A program made the translations under genes and the position numbers. This document shows, in pieces, positions 28,351-43,300 of a stretch of DNA of 64,000 bases (positions within the stretch are counted from its first letter, which is position 1; each line of letters starts with the position of its first letter). This stretch comes from Eledone cirrhosa (taxonomy: Eukaryota): positions 95,914,001 through 95,978,000 of the forward strand of contig OZ024740.1 in the NCBI GenBank assembly GCA_964016885.1, given 5' to 3'. The notes beneath the pieces were generated by a model that saw nothing but the letters and a program-made list of their open reading frames with translations, was not told the origin of the DNA and searched no databases.

Positions 28351-31300
28351 CAAATAACGAAACGAAATTAATTTCGTTTCGTTTGTAACTCACTTTGTAT
28401 GACTGACGCTTAAACAATTAAGTTAAAAATGTACATCCATATATGTATACTGAAATACTAGTATGCATATGAATACACACACGTATACATATGTAGATGT
28501 ACCAAGTCTTTCACTGGTTACTTTACTGTGAGTATCCAGCTATTCTGTATGTAAACACACAGACAAACCGGTTTTTAGAGTCATACTGGTTTTTGAGGAA
28601 ACACCTTTCCACTATTCTCCAGAAAGCCAGACAAGGAATATTGAACTAGTTTCGTTGTTGTTACAACTCATCAGCAATATTTACCTATCTACCGGCCTTT
28701 CTGGAGAATCGTAAAAGCACATATCGTTATATGCTTTTTCTATGAAAATTAGTAGTGGGCAGACTAATTTGCATAGAGTGTGAGTACGTACCGATTCAAC
28801 GGAGACGATAAAAACAAATAACGAAACGAAATTAAATTTCGTTTCGTTTGTAACTCACTCTTGTATGACTGACGCTTAAACAATTAAGTTAAAAATGTAC
28901 ATCCATATATGTATACTGAAATACTAGTATGCATATGAATACACACACGTATACATATGTAGATGTACCAAGTCTTTCACTGGTTACTTTACTGTGAGTA
29001 TCCAGCTATTCTGTATGTAAACACACAGACAAACCGGTTTTTAGAGTCATACTGGTTTTTGAGGAAACACCTTTCCACTATTCTCCAGAAAGCCAGACAA
29101 GGAATAATGAACTAGTTTCGTTGTTGTTACAACTCATCAGCAATATTTACCTATCTACCGGCCTTTCTGGAGAATCGTAAAAGCACATATCGTTATATGC
29201 TTTTTCTATGAAAATTAGTAGTGGGCAGACTAATTTGCATAGAGTGTGAGTACGTACCGGTTCAACGGAGACGATAAAAACAAATAACGAAACGAAATTA
29301 AATTTCGTTTCGTTTGTAACTCACTTTGTATGACTGACGCTTAAACAATTAAGTTAAAAATGTACATCCATATATGTATACTGAAATACTAGTATGCATA
29401 TGAATACACACACGTATACATATGTAGATGTACCAAGTCTTTCACTGGTTACTTTACTGTGAGTATCCAGCTATTCTGTATGTAAACACACAGACAAACC
29501 GGTTTTTAGAGTCATACTGGTTTTTGAGGAAACACCTTTCCACTATTCTCCAGAAAGCCAGACAAGGAATATTGAACTAGTTTCGTTGTTGTTACAACTC
29601 ATCAGCAATATTTACCTATCTACCGGCCTTTCTGGAGAATCGTAAAAGCACATATCGTTATATGCTTTTTCTATGAAAATTAGTAGTGGGCAGACTAATT
29701 TGCATAGAGTGTGAGTACGTGCCGGTTCAACGGAGACGATAAAAACAAATAACGAAACGAAATTAAATTTCGTTTCGTTTGTAACTCACTTTTGTATGAC
29801 TGATGCTTAAACAATTAAGTTAAAAATGTACATCCATATATGTATACTGAAATACTAGTATGCATATGAATACACACACGTATACATATGTAGATGTACC
29901 AAGTCTTTCACTGGTTACTTTACTGTGAGTATCCAGCTATTCTGTATGTAAACACACAGACAAACCGGTTTTTAGAGTCATACTGGTTTTTGAGGAAACA
30001 CCTTTCCTCTATTCTCCAGAAAGCCAGACAAAGAATATTGAACTAGTTTCGTTGTTGTTACAACTCATCAGCAATATTTACCTATCTACCGGCCTTTCTG
30101 GAGAATCGTAAAAGCACATAACGTTATATGCTTTTTCTATGAAAATTAGTAGTGGGCAGACTAATTTGCATAGAGTGTGAGTACGTACCGGTTCAAAGGA
30201 GATGATAAAGACAAATAACGATACGAAATTAAATTTCGTTTCGTTTGTAACTCACTTTTGTATGACTGACGCGTAAACAATTAAGTTAAAAATGTACATC
30301 CATATATGTATACTGAAATACTAGTATGCATATGAATACACACACGTATACATATGTAGATGTACCAAGTCTTTCACTGGTTACTTTACTGTGAGTATCC
30401 AGCTATTCTGTATGTAAATACACAGACAAACCGGTTTTTAGAGTCATACTGGTTTTTGAGGAAACACCTTTCCTCTAATCTACAGAAAGCCAGACAAGGA
30501 ATATTGAACTAGTTTCGTTGTTGTTACAACTCATCAGCAATATTTACCTATCTACCGGCCTTTCTGGAGAATCGTAATAGCACACATCGTTATATGCTTT
30601 TTCTATGAAAATTAGTAGTGGGCAGACTAATTTGCATAGAGTGTGAGTACGTACCGGTTCAACGGAGACGATAAAAACAAATAACGAAACGAAATTAAAT
30701 TTCGTTTTGTTTGTAACTCACTTTTGTATGACTGACGCTTAAACAATTAAGTTAAAAATGTACATCCATATATGTATACTGAGATACTAGTATGCATATG
30801 AATACACACACGTATAGATATGTAGATGTACCAAGTCTTTCACTGGTTACTTTACTGTGAGTATCCAGCTATTCTGTATGTAAACACACAGACAAACCGG
30901 TTTTTAGAGTCATACTGGTTTTTGAGGAAACACATTTCCTCTATTCTCCAGAAAGCCAGACAAGGAATATTGAACTAGTTTCGTTGTTGTTACAACTCAT
31001 CAGCAATATTTACCTATCTACCGGCCTTTCTGGAGAATCGTAAAGCACATATCGTTATATGCTTTTTCTATGAAAATTAGTAGTGGGCAGACTAATTTGC
31101 ATAGAGTGTGAGTACGTACCGGTTCAACGGAGACGATAAAAACAAATAACGAAACGAAATTAATTTTCGTTTCGTTTGTAACTCACTTTTGTATGACTGA
31201 CGCTTAAACAATTAAGTTAAAAATGTACATCCATATATGTATACTGAAATACAAGTATGCATATGAATACACGCACGTATAGATATGTAGATGTACCAAG

Positions 31301-34300
31301 TCTTTCACTGGTTACTTTACTGTGAGTATCCAGCTATTCTGTATGTAAACACACAGACAAACCGGTTTTTAGAGTCATACTGGTTTTTGAGGAAACACCT
31401 TTCCTCTATTCTCTAGAAAGCCAGACAAGGAATATTGAACTAGTTTCGTTGTTGTTACAACTCATCAGCAATATTTACCTATCTACCGGCCTTTCTGGAG
31501 AATCGTAAAAGCACATATCGTTATATGCTTTTTCTATGAAAATTAGTAGTGGGCAAACTAATTTGCATAGAGTGTGAGTATGTACCGGTTCAACGGAGAC
31601 GATAAAAACAAATAACGAAACGAAATTAAATTTCGTTTCGTTTGTAACTCACTTTTGTATGACTGACGCTTAAACAATTAAGTTAAAAATGTACATCCAT
31701 ATATGTATACTGAAATACTAGTATGCATATGAATACACACATGTATACATATGTAGATGTACCAAGTCTTTCACTGGTTACTTTACTGTGAGTATCCAGC
31801 TATTCTGTATGTAAACACACAGGCAAACCGGTTTTTAGAGTCATTCTGGTTTTTGAGGAAACACCTTTCCTCTATTCTCCAGAAAGCCAGACAAAGAATA
31901 TTGAACTAGTTTCGTTGTTGTTACAACTCATCAGCAATATTTACCTATCTACCGGCCTTTCTGGAGAATCGTAAAAGCACATATCGTTATATGCTTTTTC
32001 TATGAAAATTAGTAGTGGGCAGACTAATTTGCATAGAGTGTGAGTACGTACCGGTTCAACGGAGACGATAAAGACAAATAACGATACGAAATTAAATTTC
32101 GTTTCGTTTGTAACTCACTTTTGTATGACTGACGCGTAAACAATTAAGTTAAAAATGTACATCCATATATGTATACTGAAATACTAGTATGCATATGAAT
32201 ACACACACGTATACATATGTAGATGTACCAAGTCTTTCACTGGTTACTTTACTGTGAGTATCCAGCTATTCTGTATGTAAACACACAGACAAACCGGTTT
32301 TTAGAGTCATACTGGTTTTTGAGGAAACACCTTTCCACTATTCTACAGAAAGCCAGACAAGGAATATTGAACTAGTTTCGTTGTTGTTACAACTCATCAG
32401 CAATATTTACCTATCTACCGGCCTTTCTGGAGAATCGTAAAAGCACATATCGTTATATGCTTTTTCTATGAAAATTAGTAGTGGGCAGACTAATTTGCAT
32501 AGAGTGTGAGTACGTACCGGTTCAACGGAGACGATAAAAACAAATAACGAAACGAAATTAAATTTCGTTTCGTTTGTAACTCACTTTTGTATGACTGACG
32601 CTTAAACAATTAAGTTAAAAATGTACATCCATATATGTATACTGAAATACTAGTATGCATATGAATACACACACGTATACATATGTAGATGTACCAAGTC
32701 TTTCACTGGTTACTTTACTGTGAGTATCCAGCTATTCTGTATGTAAACACACAGACAAACCGGTTTTTAGAGTCATACTGGTTTTTGAGGAAACACCTTT
32801 CCTCTATTCTCTTGAAAGCCAGACAAGGAATATTGAACTAGTTTCGTTGTTGTTACAACTCATCAGCAATATTTACCTATCTACCGGCCTTTCTGGAGAA
32901 TCGTAAAAGCACATATCGTTATATGCTTTTTCTATGAAAATTAGTAGTGGGCAGACTAATTTGCATAGAGTGTGAGTACGTACCGGTTCAACGGAGACGA
33001 TAAAAACAAATAACGAAACGAAATTAAATTTCGTTTTGTTTGTAACTCACTTTTGTATGACTGACGCTTAAACAATTAAGTTAAAAATGTACATCCATAT
33101 ATGTATACTGAGATACTAGTATGCATATGAATACACACACGTATAGATATGTAGATGTACCAAGTCTTCCACTGGTTACTTTACTGTGAGTATCCAGCTA
33201 TTCTGTATGTAAACACACAGACAAACCGGTTTTTAGAGTCATACTGGTTTTTGAGGAAACACATTTCCTCTATTCTCCAGAAAGCCAGACAAGGAATATT
33301 GAACTAGTTTCGTTGTTGTTACAACTCATCAGCAATATTTACCTATCTACCGGCCTTTCTGGAGAATCGTAAAAGCACATATCGTTATATGCTTTTTATA
33401 TGAAAATTAGTAGTGGGCAGACTAATTTGCATAGAGTGTGAGTACGTACCGGTTCAACGGAGACGATAAAAACAAATAACGAAACGAAATTAAATTTCGT
33501 TTTGTTTGTAACTCACTTTTGTATGACTGACGCTTAAACAATTAAGTTAAAAATGTACATCCATATATGTATACTGAAATACTAGTATGCATATGAATAC
33601 ACACACGTATACATATGTAGATGTACCAAGTCTTTCACTGGTTACTTTACTGTGAGTATCCAGCTATTCTGTATGTAAACACACAGACAAACCGGTTTTT
33701 AGAGTCATACTGGTTTTTGAGGAAACACATTTCCTCTATTTTTCCAGAAAGCCAGACAAGGAATATTGAACTAGTTTCGTTGTTGTTACAACTCATCAGC
33801 AATATTTACCTATCTACCGGCCTTTCTGGAGAATCGTAAAAGCACATAACGTTATATGCTTTTTCTATGAAAATTAGTAGTGGGCAGACTAATTTGCATA
33901 GAGTGTGAGTACGTACCGGTTCAAAGGAGATGATAAAGACAAATAACGATACGAAATTAAATTTCGTTTCGTTTGTAACTCACTTTTGTATGACTGACGC
34001 GTAAACAATTAAGTTAAAAATGTACATCCATATATGTATACTGAAATACTAGTATGCATATGAATACACACACGTATACATATGTAGATGTACCAAGTCT
34101 TTCACTGGTTACTTTACTGTGAGTATCCAGCTATTCTGTATGTAAATACACAGACAAACCGGTTTTTAGAGTCATACTGGTTTTGAGGAAACACCTTTCC
34201 TCTAATCTACAGAAAGCCAGACAAGGAATATTGAACTAGTTTCGTTGTTGTTACAACTCATCAGCAATATTTACCTATCTACCGGCCTTTCTGGAGAATC

Positions 34301-37300
34301 GTAATAGCACACATCGTTATATGCTTTTTCTATGAAAATTAGTAGTGGGCAGACTAATTTGCATAGAGTGTGAGTACGTACCGGTTCAACGGAGACGATA
34401 AAAACAAATAACGAAACGAAATTAAATTTCGTTTTGTTTGTAACTCACTTTTGTATGACTGACGCTTAAACAATTAAGTTAAAAATGTACATCCATATAT
34501 GTATACTGAGATACTAGTATGCATATGAATACACACACGTATAGATATGTAGATGTACCAAGTCTTTCACTGGTTACTTTACTGTGAGTATCCAGCTATT
34601 CTGTATGTAAACACACAGACAAACCGGTTTTTAGAGTCATACTGGTTTTTGAGGAAACACATTTCCTCTATTCTCCAGAAAGCCAGACAAGGAATATTGA
34701 ACTACTTTCGTTGTTGTTACAACTCATCAGCAATATTTACCTATCTACCGGCCTTTCTGGAGAATCGTAAAGCACATATCGTTATATGCTTTTTCTATGA
34801 AAATTAGTAGTGGGCAGACTAATTTGCATAGAGTGTGAGTACGTACCGGTTCAACGGAGACGATAAAAACAAATAACGAAACGAAATTAATTTTCGTTTC
34901 GTTTGTAACTCACTTTTGTATGACTGACGCTTAAACAATTAAGTTAAAAATGTACATCCATATATGTATACTGAAATACAAGTATGCATATGAATACACA
35001 CACGTATAGATATGTAGATGTACCAAGTCTTTCACTGGTTACTTTACTGTGAGTATCCAGCTATTCTGTATGTAAACACACAGACAAACCGGTTTTTAGA
35101 GTCATACTGGTTTTTGAGGAAACACCTTTCCTCTATTCTCTAGAAAGCCAGACAAGGAATATTGAACTAGTTTCGTTGTTGTTACAACTCATCAGCAATA
35201 TTTACCTATCTACCGGCCTTTCTGGAGAATCGTAAAAGCACATATCGTTATATGCTTTTTCTATGAAAATTAGTAGTGGGCAAACTAATTTGCATAGAGT
35301 GTGAGTATGTACCGGTTCAACGGAGACGATAAAAACAAATAACGAAACGAAATTAAATTTCGTTTCGTTTGTAACTCACTTTTGTATGACTGACGCTTAA
35401 ACAATTAAGTTAAAAATGTACATCCATATATGTATACTGAAATACTAGTATGCATATGAATACACACATGTATACATATGTAGATGTACCAAGTCTTTCA
35501 CTGGTTACTTTACTGTGAGTATCCAGCTATTCTGTATGTAAACACACAGGCAAACCGGTTTTTAGAGTCATTCTGGTTTTTGAGGAAACACCTTTCCTCT
35601 ATTCTCCAGAAAGCCAGACAAAGAATATTGAACTAGTTTCGTTGTTGTTACAACTCATCAGCAATATTTACCTATCTACCGGCCTTTCTGGAGAATCGTA
35701 AAAGCACATATCGTTATATGCTTTTTCTATGAAAATTAGTAGTGGGCAGACTAATTTGCATAGAGTGTGAGTACGTACCGGTTCAACGGAGACGATAAAG
35801 ACAAATAACGATACGAAATTAAATTTCGTTTCGTTTGTAACTCACTTTTGTATGACTGACGCGTAAACAATTAAGTTAAAAATGTACATCCATATATGTA
35901 TACTGAAATACTAGTATGCATATGAATACACACACGTATACATATGTAGATGTAGCAAGTCTTTCACTGGTTACTTTACTGTGAGTATCCAGCTATTCTG
36001 TATGTAAACACACAGACAAACCGGTTTTTAGAGTCATACTGGTTTTTGAGGAAACACCTTTCCACTATTCTACAGAAAGCCAGACAAGGAATATTGAACT
36101 AGTTTCGTTGTTGTTACAACTCATCAGCAATATTTACCTATCTACCGGCCTTTCTGGAGAATCGTAAAAGCACATATCGTTATATGCTTTTTCTATGAAA
36201 ATTAGTAGTGGGCAGACTAATTTGCATAGAGTGTGAGTACGTACCGGTTCAACGGAGACGATAAAAACAAATAACGAAACGAAATTAAATTTCGTTTCGT
36301 TTGTAACTCACTTTTGTATGACTGACGCTTAAACAATTAAGTTAAAAATGTACATCCATATATGTATACTGAAATACTAGTATGCATATGAATACACACA
36401 CGTATACATATGTAGATGTACCAAGTCTTTCACTGGTTACTTTACTGTGAGTATCCAGCTATTCTGTATGTAAACACACAGACAAACCGGTTTTTAGAGT
36501 CATACTGGTTTTTGAGGAAACACCTTTCCTCTATTCTCTTGAAAGCCAGACAAGGAATATTGAACTAGTTTCGTTGTTGTTACAACTCATCAGCAATATT
36601 TACCTATCTACCGGCCTTTCTGGAGAATCGTAAAAGCACATATCGTTATATGCTTTTTCTATGAAAATTAGTAGTGGGCAGACTAATTTGCATAGAGTGT
36701 GAGTACGTACCGGTTCAACGGAGACGATAAAAACAAATAACGAAACGAAATTAAATTTCGTTTTGTTTGTAACTCACTTTTGTATGACTGACGCTTAAAC
36801 AATTAAGTTAAAAATGTACATCCATATATGTATACTGAGATACTAGTATGCATATGAATACACACACGTATAGATATGTAGATGTACCAAGTCTTTCACT
36901 GGTTACTTTACTGTGAGTATCCAGCTATTCTGTATGTAAACACACAGACAAACCGGTTTTTAGAGTCATACTGGTTTTTGAGGAAACACATTTCCTCTAT
37001 TCTCCAGAAAGCCAGACAAGGAATATTGAACTAGTTTCGTTGTTGTTACAACTCATCAGCAATATTTACCTATCTACCGGCCTTTCTGGAGAATCGTAAA
37101 AGCACATATCGTTATATGCTTTTTATATGAAAATTAGTAGTGGGCAGACTAATTTGCATAGAGTGTGAGTACGTACCGGTTCAACGGAGACGATAAAAAC
37201 AAATAACGAAACGAAATTAAATTTCGTTTTGTTTGTAACTCACTTTTGTATGACTGACGCTTAAACAATTAAGTTAAAAATGTACATCCATATATGTATA

Positions 37301-40300
37301 CTGAAATACTAGTATGCATATGAATACACACACGTATACATATGTAGATGTACCAAGACTTTCACTGGTTACTTTACTGTGAGTATCCAGCTATTCTGTA
37401 TGTAAACACACAGACAAACCGGTTTTTAGAGTCATACTGGTTTTTGAGGAAACACATTTCCTCTATTTTTCCAGAAAGCCAGACAAGGAATATTGAACTA
37501 GTTTCGTTGTTGTTACAACTCATCAGCAATATTTACCTATCTTGCGGCCTTTCTGGAGAATCGTAAAAGCACATATCGTTATATGCTTTTTCTATGAAAA
37601 TTAGTAGTGGGCAGACTAATTTGCATAGAGTGTGAGTACGTACCGGTTCAACGGAGACGATAAAAACAAATAACGAAACGAAATTAAATTTCGTTCTGTT
37701 TGTAACTCACTTTTGTATGACTGACGCTTAAACAATTAAGTTAAAAATGTACATCCATATATGTATACTGAAATACTAGTATGCATATGAATACACACAC
37801 GTATACATATGTAGATGTACCAAGTATTTCACTGGTTACTTTACTGTGAGTATCCAGCTATTCTGTATGTAAATACACAGACAAACCGGTTTTTAGAGTC
37901 ATACTGGTTTTTGAGGAAACACCTTTCCTCTATTCTCCAGAAAGCCAGACAAGGAATATTGAACTAGTTTCGTTGTTGTTACAACTCATCAGCAATATTT
38001 ACCTATCTACCGGCCTTTCTGGAGAATCGTAAAAGCACATATCGTTATATGCTTTTTCTATGAAAATTAGTAGTGGGCAGACTAATTTGCATAGAGTGTG
38101 AGTACGTACCGGTTCAACGGAGACGATAAAAACAAATAACGAAACGAAATTAATTTTCGTTTCGTTTGTAACTCACTTTTGTATGACTGACGCTTAAACA
38201 ATTAAGTTAAAAATGTACATCCATATATGTATACTGAAATACTAGTATGCATATGAATACACACATGTATACATATGTAGATGTACCAAGTCTTTCACTG
38301 GTTACTTTACTGTGAGTATCCAGCTATTCTGTATGTAAACACACAGGCAAACCGGTTTTTAGAGTCATACTGGTTTTTGAGGAAACACCTTTCCTCTATT
38401 CTCCAGAAAGCCAGACAAAGAATATTGAACTAGTTTCGTTGTTGTTACAACTCATCAGCAATATTTACCTATCTACCGGCCTTTCTGGAGAATCGTAAAA
38501 GCACATATCGTTATATGCTTTTTCTATGAAAATTAGTAGTGGGAAGACTAATTTGCATAGAGTGTGAGTACGTACCGGTTCAACGGAGACGATAAAAACA
38601 AATAACGAAACGAAATTAAATTTCGTTTCGTTTGTAACTCACTTTTGTATGACTGACGCTTAAACAATTAAGTTAAAAATGTACATCCATATATGTATAC
38701 TGAAATACTAGTATGCATATGAATACAGACACGTATACATATGTAGATGTACCAAGTCTTTCACTGGTTACTTTACTGTGAGTATCCAGCTATTCTGTAT
38801 GTAAACACACAGACAAACCGGTTTTTAGAGTCATACTGGTTTTTGAGGAAACACCTTTCCTCTATTCTCTAGAAAGCCAGACAAGGAATATTGAACTAGT
38901 TTCGTTGTTGTTACAACTCATCAGCAATATTTACCTATCTACCGGCCTTTCTGGAGAATCGTAAAAGCACATATCGTTATATGCTTTTTCTATGAAAATT
39001 AGTAGTGGGCAGACTAATTTGCATAGAGTGTGAGTACGTACCGGTTCAACGGAGACGATAAAAACAAATAACGAAACGAAATTAAATTTCGTTTCGTTTG
39101 TAACTCACTTTTGTATGACTGACGCTTAAACAATTAAGTTAAAAATGTACATCCATATATGTATACTGAAATACTAGTATGCATATGAATACACACACGT
39201 ATACATATGTAGATGTACCAAGTCTTTCACTGGTTACTTTACTGTGAGTATCCAGCTATTCTGTATGTAAACACACAGGCAAACCGGTTTTTAGAGTCAT
39301 ACTGGTTTTTGAGGAAACACCTTTCCTCTATTTTCCAGAAAGCCAGACAAGGAATATTGAACTAGTTTCGTTGTTGTTACAACTCATCAGCAATATTTAC
39401 CTATCTACCGGCCTTTCTGGAGAATCGTAACAGCACATATCGTTATATGCTTTTTCTATGAAAATTAGTAGTGGGCAGACTAATTTGCATAGAGTGTGAG
39501 TACGTACCGGTTCAACGAAGACGATAAAAACAAATAACGAAACGAAATTAAATTTCGTTTCGTTTGTAACTCACTTTTGTATGACTGACGCTTAAACAAT
39601 TAAGTTAAAAATGTACATCCATATATGTATACTGAAATACTAGTATGCATATGAATACACACACGTATACATATGTAGATGTACCAAGTCTTTCACTGGT
39701 TACTTTACTGTGAGTATCCAGCTATTCTGTATGTAAACACACAGACAAACCGGTTTTTAGAGTCATACTGGTTTTTGACGAAACACATTTCCTCTATTCT
39801 CCAGAAAGCCAGACAAGGAATATTGAACTAGTTTCGTTGTTGTTACAACTCATCAGCAATATTTACCTATCTACCGGCCTTTCTGGAGAATCGTAAAAGC
39901 ACATATCGTTATATGCTTTTTCTATGAAAATTAGTAGTGGGCAGACTAATTTGCATAGAGTGTGAGTATGTACCGGTTCAACGGAGACGATAAAAACAAA
40001 TAACGAAACGAAATTAAATTTCGTTCTGTTTGTAACTCACTTTTGTATGACTGACGCTTAAACAATTAAGTTAAAAATGTACATCCATATATGTATACTG
40101 AAATACTAGTATGCATATGAATACACACACGTATACATATGTAGATGTACCAAGTATTTCACTGGTTACTTTACTGTGAGTATCCAGCTATTCTGTATGT
40201 AAATACACAGACAAACCGGTTTTTAGAGTCATACTGGTTTTTGAGGAAACACCTTTCCTCTATTCTCTAGAAAGCCAGACAAGGAATATTGAACTAGTTT

Positions 40301-43300
40301 CGTTGTTGTTACAACTCATCAGCAATATTTACCTATCTACCGGCCTTTCTGGAGAATCGTAAAAGCACATATCGTTATATGCTTTTTCTATGAAAATTAG
40401 TAGTGGGCAGACTAATTTGCATAGAGTGTGAGTACGTACCGGTTCAACGGAGACGATAAAAACAAATAACGAAACGAAATTAAATTTCGTTTCGTTTGTA
40501 ACTCACTTTTGTATGACTGACGCTTAAACAATTAAGTTAAAAATGTACATCCATATATGTATACTGAAATACTAGTATGCATATGAATACACACACGTAT
40601 ACATATGTAGATGTACCAAGTCTTTCACTGGTTACTTTACTGTGAGTATCCAGCTATTCTGTATGTAAACACACAGGCAAACCGGTTTTTAGAGTCATAC
40701 TGGTTTTTGAGGAAACACCTTTCCTCTATTCTCCAGAAAGCCAGGCAAGGAATATTGAACTAGTTTCGTTGTTGTTACAACTCATCAGCAATATTTACCT
40801 ATCTACCGGCCTTTCTGGAGAATCGTAAAAGCACATATCGTTATATGCTTTTTCTATGAAAATTAGTAGTGGGCAGACTAATTTGCATAGAGTGTGAGTA
40901 TGTACCGGTTCAACGGAGACGATAAAAACAAATAACGAAACGAAATTAAATTTCGTTCTGTTTGTAACTCACTTTTGTATGACTGACGCTTAAACAATTA
41001 AGTTAAAAATGTACATCCATATATGTATACTGAAATACTAGTATGCATATGAATACACACACGTATACATATGTAGATGTACCAAGTATTTCACTGGTTA
41101 CTTTACTGTGAGTATCCAGCTATTCTGTATGTAAATACACAGACAAACCGGTTTTTAGAGTCATACTGGTTTTTGAGGAAACACCTTTCCTCTATTCTCC
41201 AGAAAGCCAGACAAGGAATATTGAACTAGTTTCGTTGTTGTTACAACTCATCAGCAATATTTACCTATCTACCGGCCTTTCTGGAGAATCGTAAAAGCAC
41301 ATATCGTTATATGCTTTTTCTATGAAAATTAGTAGTGGGCAGACTAATTTGCATAGAGTGTGAGTACGTACCGGTTCAACGGAGACGATAAAAACAAATA
41401 ACGAAACGAAATTAATTTTCGTTTCGTTTGTAACTCACTTTTGTATGACTGACGCTTAAACAATTAAGTTAAAAATGTACATCCATATATGTATACTGAA
41501 ATACTAGTATGCATATGAATACACACATGTATACATATGTAGATGTACCAAGTCTTTCACTGGTTACTTTACTGTGAGTATCCAGCTATTCTGTATGTAA
41601 ACACACAGGCAAACCGGTTTTTAGAGTCATACTGGTTTTTGAGGAAACACCTTTCCTCTATTCTCCAGAAAGCCAGACAAAGAATATTGAACTAGTTTCG
41701 TTGTTGTTACAACTCATCAGCAATATTTACCTATCTACCGGCCTTTCTGGAGAATCGTAAAAGCACATATCGTTATATGCTTTTTCTATGAAAATTAGTA
41801 GTGGGAAGACTAATTTGCATAGAGTGTGAGTACGTACCGGTTCAACGGAGACGATAAAAACAAATAACGAAACGAAATTAAATTTCGTTTCGTTTGTAAC
41901 TCACTTTTGTATGACTGACGCTTAAACAATTAAGTTAAAAATGTACATCCATATATGTATACTGAAATACTAGTATGCATATGAATACAGACACGTATAC
42001 ATATGTAGATGTACCAAGTCTTTCACTGGTTACTTTACTGTGAGTATCCAGCTATTCTGTATGTAAACACACAGACAAACCGGTTTTTAGAGTCATACTG
42101 GTTTTTGAGGAAACACCTTTCCTCTATTCTCTAGAAAGCCAGACAAGGAATATTGAACTAGTTTCGTTGTTGTTACAACTCATCAGCAATATTTACCTAT
42201 CTACCGGCCTTTCTGGAGAATCGTAAAAGCACATATCGTTATATGCTTTTTCTATGAAAATTAGTAGTGGGCAGACTAATTTGCATAGAGTGTGAGTACG
42301 TACCGGTTCAACGGAGACGATAAAAACAAATAACGAAACGAAATTAAATTTCGTTTCGTTTGTAACTCACTTTTGTATGACTGACGCTTAAACAATTAAG
42401 TTAAAAATGTACATCCATATATGTATACTGAAATACTAGTATGCATATGAATACACACACGTATACATATGTAGATGTACCAAGTCTTTCACTGGTTACT
42501 TTACTGTGAGTATCCAGCTATTCTGTATGTAAACACACAGGCAAACCGGTTTTTAGAGTCATACTGGTTTTTGAGGAAACACCTTTCCTCTATTTTCCAG
42601 AAAGCCAGACAAGGAATATTGAACTAGTTTCGTTGTTGTTACAACTCATCAGCAATATTTACCTATCTACCGGCCTTTCTGGAGAATCGTAACAGCACAT
42701 ATCGTTATATGCTTTTTCTATGAAAATTAGTAGTGGGCAGACTAATTTGCATAGAGTGTGAGTACGTACCGGTTCAACGAAGACGATAAAAACAAATAAC
42801 GAAACGAAATTAAATTTCGTTTCGTTTGTAACTCACTTTTGTATGACTGACGCTTAAACAATTAAGTTAAAAATGTACATCCATATATGTATACTGAAAT
42901 ACTAGTATGCATATGAATACACACACGTATACATATGTAGATGTACCAAGTCTTTCACTGGTTACTTTACTGTGAGTATCCAGCTATTCTGTATGTAAAC
43001 ACACAGACAAACCGGTTTTTAGAGTCATACTGGTTTTTGACGAAACACATTTCCTCTATTCTCCAGAAAGCCAGACAAGGAATATTGAACTAGTTTCGTT
43101 GTTGTTACAACTCATCAGCAATATTTACCTATCTACCGGCCTTTCTGGAGAATCGTAAAAGCACATATCGTTATATGCTTTTTCTATGAAAATTAGTAGT
43201 GGGCAGACTAATTTGCATAGAGTGTGAGTATGTACCGGTTCAACGGAGACGATAAAAACAAATAACGAAACGAAATTAAATTTCGTTCTGTTTGTAACTC

